A stretch of 64,000 nt of DNA, taken from positions 11,325-75,324 of the forward strand of contig CALMYG010000002.1 in the NCBI GenBank assembly GCA_937873455.1, given 5' to 3'. The notes below the pieces were generated by a model. The model did not search any database and was not told the origin of the DNA. It saw nothing but the letters and a program-made list of their open reading frames with translations. Positions within the stretch are counted from its first letter, which is position 1. Every line of letters begins with the position of its first letter. Positions 61,890 through 64,000 of the stretch are shown in pieces. Position numbers and translations under genes: made by a program. This DNA is from an uncultured Verrucomicrobiota bacterium (GTDB lineage Bacteria > Verrucomicrobiota > Kiritimatiellia > CAIVKH01).

Positions 61890-63433
61890 GGGGCGCTCCG
61901 CCTTTCCAACCGGTGACGAAGGGCCGCGCCGAGGGTTGCGCGTTCATTCGGCTCAAGGCCGATGAACCAGGCGGCCGTCATCCATGCCGCGGCGACCAGC
62001 GCGGCGGCGGCTCCGAGATGGCTATAGCCATGAATCGGGATCATGAACCTGGCCGCAAAGGCCGCGGACAGGGTGATGATGAAACACCAGGCCGGGCGCA
62101 GATAGGATAACCGCAGGTAATCCCGCATACGCAAACCGGCGCACCGCGCGGTATACCAGATCAATAACGGGCGACGGATCAATCCAATCAAGATGGTGGC
62201 GACCAGCACACCGGGGATCCCAAGCGAGGTGAAGCCGACCAGATAAATGGAAATGATGACATTCAGCGCGGCACTGGGAAGTTGCGTCCAAACTAAAAAC
62301 TTGAGGCGCCTCATCCCGAGCAACACCGACCACTGCGACCCGGCGGCAAAGACGAGAAAGTCGACCGCCGCCCACCCCATCATCACGTAGGCGGCGATCC
62401 GGTAGTCCTCCCCAAGCGAGGCCGACAACCATAACCGGCAGAACGGATCCGCGAAGACAAACAAACCCACGACCACGAGTATGCCCAGCAGGAAGGTGTA
62501 CCGCGTGCCCAGAACCAGAATGGCGCGCAAGCGGTCGGTTTGGTTCCGGACGTGTTCCTGGGTGGCCATCGGGTACAACTGGTCGGCCATGGTCAGTACC
62601 ACGGGTCGCAACATCTGGGACATGCGTCCGCCCGGATGATACAACGCAATGCCCGCCGGACCGAAAAAATACGAGACAACAAACGGGTCCGATCGCTCCG
62701 ATAAATTCTGCGACAATTGCAGCGCGTACATGTAGCCGCCGAGATGAAACAGCGGCCGCAGACGGGCCGGCCGGACATGACGCGGCGCGAGCGCGGCCCC
62801 GACGCATTGTCGGCGAAAACTTGACGCAAGCAGCACCAGCGCCAGCGCCTGTTGCGCCAGCATAACCACCATCCAGCCGCCAATGGGATTGCCGGATCGC
62901 GGAATAACCACAAACAAGGCCAGGCTACCTAACAATCCGGCGGCGATTTGAATACTGTTCACCAGATCGAATCGATTGATGCTGGTAAGTGCGGCCGAAA
63001 ACAACGGGGCCATGAACGACATGAGAATCGCCGGCGAGGCATACAGCCGGAGGGCCAACACAGCGTCCATGGCAATGGAGTCGGGAACCTGCATGACCCG
63101 AATCAGCCACGGCGCGGCCAGCCACATGCCCGCAACAAACGCCAGCGCGACGGATACGTAGAGCAGGCATGAAGTCGAAAGCAATTCGTTGAAGGCGGCT
63201 TGGTCGCGGCGGGCCACTTGCTCCGACAATTCCCGGCCCAAGGCTTGCCGGAGACCGAGGTCCGCGATCTCGATCATGCCGATCAGCGCCATCAACAGAC
63301 CGGCGAATCCGTAGCCTTCCCGCCCGAGGTGGTGCAGCAAAAACGGCACCATGACCAGCGCGATCGCCGTGCGGAAAAACACCGCGCCCCATCCGGTGAC
63401 GGTATTGCGAACGATCTGCTGCAGAGTACTCAT
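61886..63433 (-). CDS. Polysaccharide flippase (Wzx/MOP superfamily)
   Basis: 515 aa, about 12-14 TM helices, and the N-terminal motif typical of oligosaccharide flippases. Confidence 0.8.
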   Translation of the reverse strand: MSTLQQIVRNTVTGWGAVFFRTAIALVMVPFLLHHLGREGYGFAGLLMALIGMIEIADLGLRQALGRELSEQVARRDQAAFNELLSTSCLLYVSVALAFVAGMWLAAPWLIRVMQVPDSIAMDAVLALRLYASPAILMSFMAPLFSAALTSINRFDLVNSIQIAAGLLGSLALFVVIPRSGNPIGGWMVVMLAQQALALVLLASSFRRQCVGAALAPRHVRPARLRPLFHLGGYMYALQLSQNLSERSDPFVVSYFFGPAGIALYHPGGRMSQMLRPVVLTMADQLYPMATQEHVRNQTDRLRAILVLGTRYTFLLGILVVVGLFVFADPFCRLWLSASLGEDYRIAAYVMMGWAAVDFLVFAAGSQWSVLLGMRRLKFLVWTQLPSAALNVIISIYLVGFTSLGIPGVLVATILIGLIRRPLLIWYTARCAGLRMRDYLRLSYLRPAWCFIITLSAAFAARFMIPIHGYSHLGAAAALVAAAWMTAAWFIGLEPNERATLGAALRHRLERRSAP

Positions 63434-63466
63434 GGCGGAGGGGCGCGACCGATGCGTGCGGGCAGC

Positions 63467-64000
63467 TTAATCTTCGTAGGCGACCCAGGGATGGTTGGAA
63501 AGTACCGCCGCGCATTGTCGCTGAACGTGCTGCGCCCGGGAGCAACCCAGCACCGCGCGTTCCGGAACGGCCGGCATCAGTTCCGGGGCAATGTCATCAC
63601 GCAGGAAGAAGGCGTTGGTGCCGACCCGGTTGCCGCCGATCAGCCGGTACCCTTTTTCGTTTAGGACCCGGCAAAACGCGGTCAGCGATGCCCCCCCGTA
63701 AATCATGCCGAATTCCGGATGAAAGACCGGAGCGTCGGTGGCATCGCGCGCGACGGTGCGCGAAACGCCTTCCGGCCAGCGGGCGTTGATTTCCACCACA
63801 ATGACCCTTGGCCGAACGATCAGGGCCTTCAAGACCCACAGATCGGTTGAGTCAATATCCAGCGACAGTAAATCCGCCTCGTCGACCGGCAGCCCGGAGC
63901 CGGCGAGCAATTCGTTCACGTTGTGTTCATCAACCCGGCGACACACCAGGGTCGGCGGATCCAGCTTGGTCGCGCGGGCAGCCCGGAACATCGCCCCGGC
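63467..64000 (-). CDS. FkbM-like methyltransferase, C-terminal part (N-terminus outside window)
   Basis: ...LSLDIDSTDLWVLKALIVRPRVIVVEIN... resembles the FkbM-family core. The ORF runs off the window end. Confidence 0.4.
   Translation of the reverse strand, partial: AGAMFRAARATKLDPPTLVCRRVDEHNVNELLAGSGLPVDEADLLSLDIDSTDLWVLKALIVRPRVIVVEINARWPEGVSRTVARDATDAPVFHPEFGMIYGGASLTAFCRVLNEKGYRLIGGNRVGTNAFFLRDDIAPELMPAVPERAVLGCSRAQHVQRQCAAVLSNHPWVAYED

Overview
High-GC bacterial chromosomal segment (core about 60-65% GC). The large secreted beta-helix / InlB-B-repeat proteins and the exosortase-linked polysaccharide locus suggest a PVC-like or similar Gram-negative lineage, but this is only a guess. 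Core content: (i) the 3' end of the cell-shape operon mrdA-mreD-mreC-mreB on the minus strand; (ii) an RRM RNA-binding protein, tRNA-Val(CAC) and a 6-phosphofructokinase; (iii) an unusual contiguous dnaK-groES-groEL heat-shock block preceded by mgtE; (iv) a 985-aa secreted protein with an internal 3x ~0.9-kb tandem triplication; (v) rpsB-tsf, mnmA and metH. Immediately after the metH stop lies a ~10.7-kb lower-GC accessory island, 22.3-33.0 kb, bracketed by a 41-bp imperfect direct repeat that is a degenerate second copy of the metH 3' end. It carries a wHTH-nucleotidyltransferase/HEPN-like pair, a lamin-tail-domain protein, a translationally coupled membrane-protein + DEDDy 3'-5' exonuclease pair, and a type III-like restriction-modification operon in which a zeta-toxin-like P-loop kinase and a 65-aa protein sit ATGA-coupled between res and mod. 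No integrase, CRISPR array or rRNA was seen. Downstream are a histidine phosphatase, three tandem paralogous secreted parallel-beta-helix proteins (857, ~891 and 1494 aa), and a ~19-kb polysaccharide biosynthesis locus. That locus holds an amino-sugar N-acylation cassette (DegT aminotransferase, Gfo/Idh/MocA dehydrogenase, LbH acyltransferase, ACP, AMP-ligase, SDR), a priming phosphotransferase, exosortase + EpsI, GT2/GT4 glycosyltransferases, a methyltransferase, a Wzy-like protein, a pyruvyl transferase and a Wzx flippase. A recurring 17-bp palindrome (GTTCCAAGGTTTGGAAC and variants) marks two intergenic regions. Many long ORFs in the six-frame track are antisense shadow ORFs typical of high GC and were not called. 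Every assignment below comes from reading motifs in the translated ORFs and the DNA; no database search was run.
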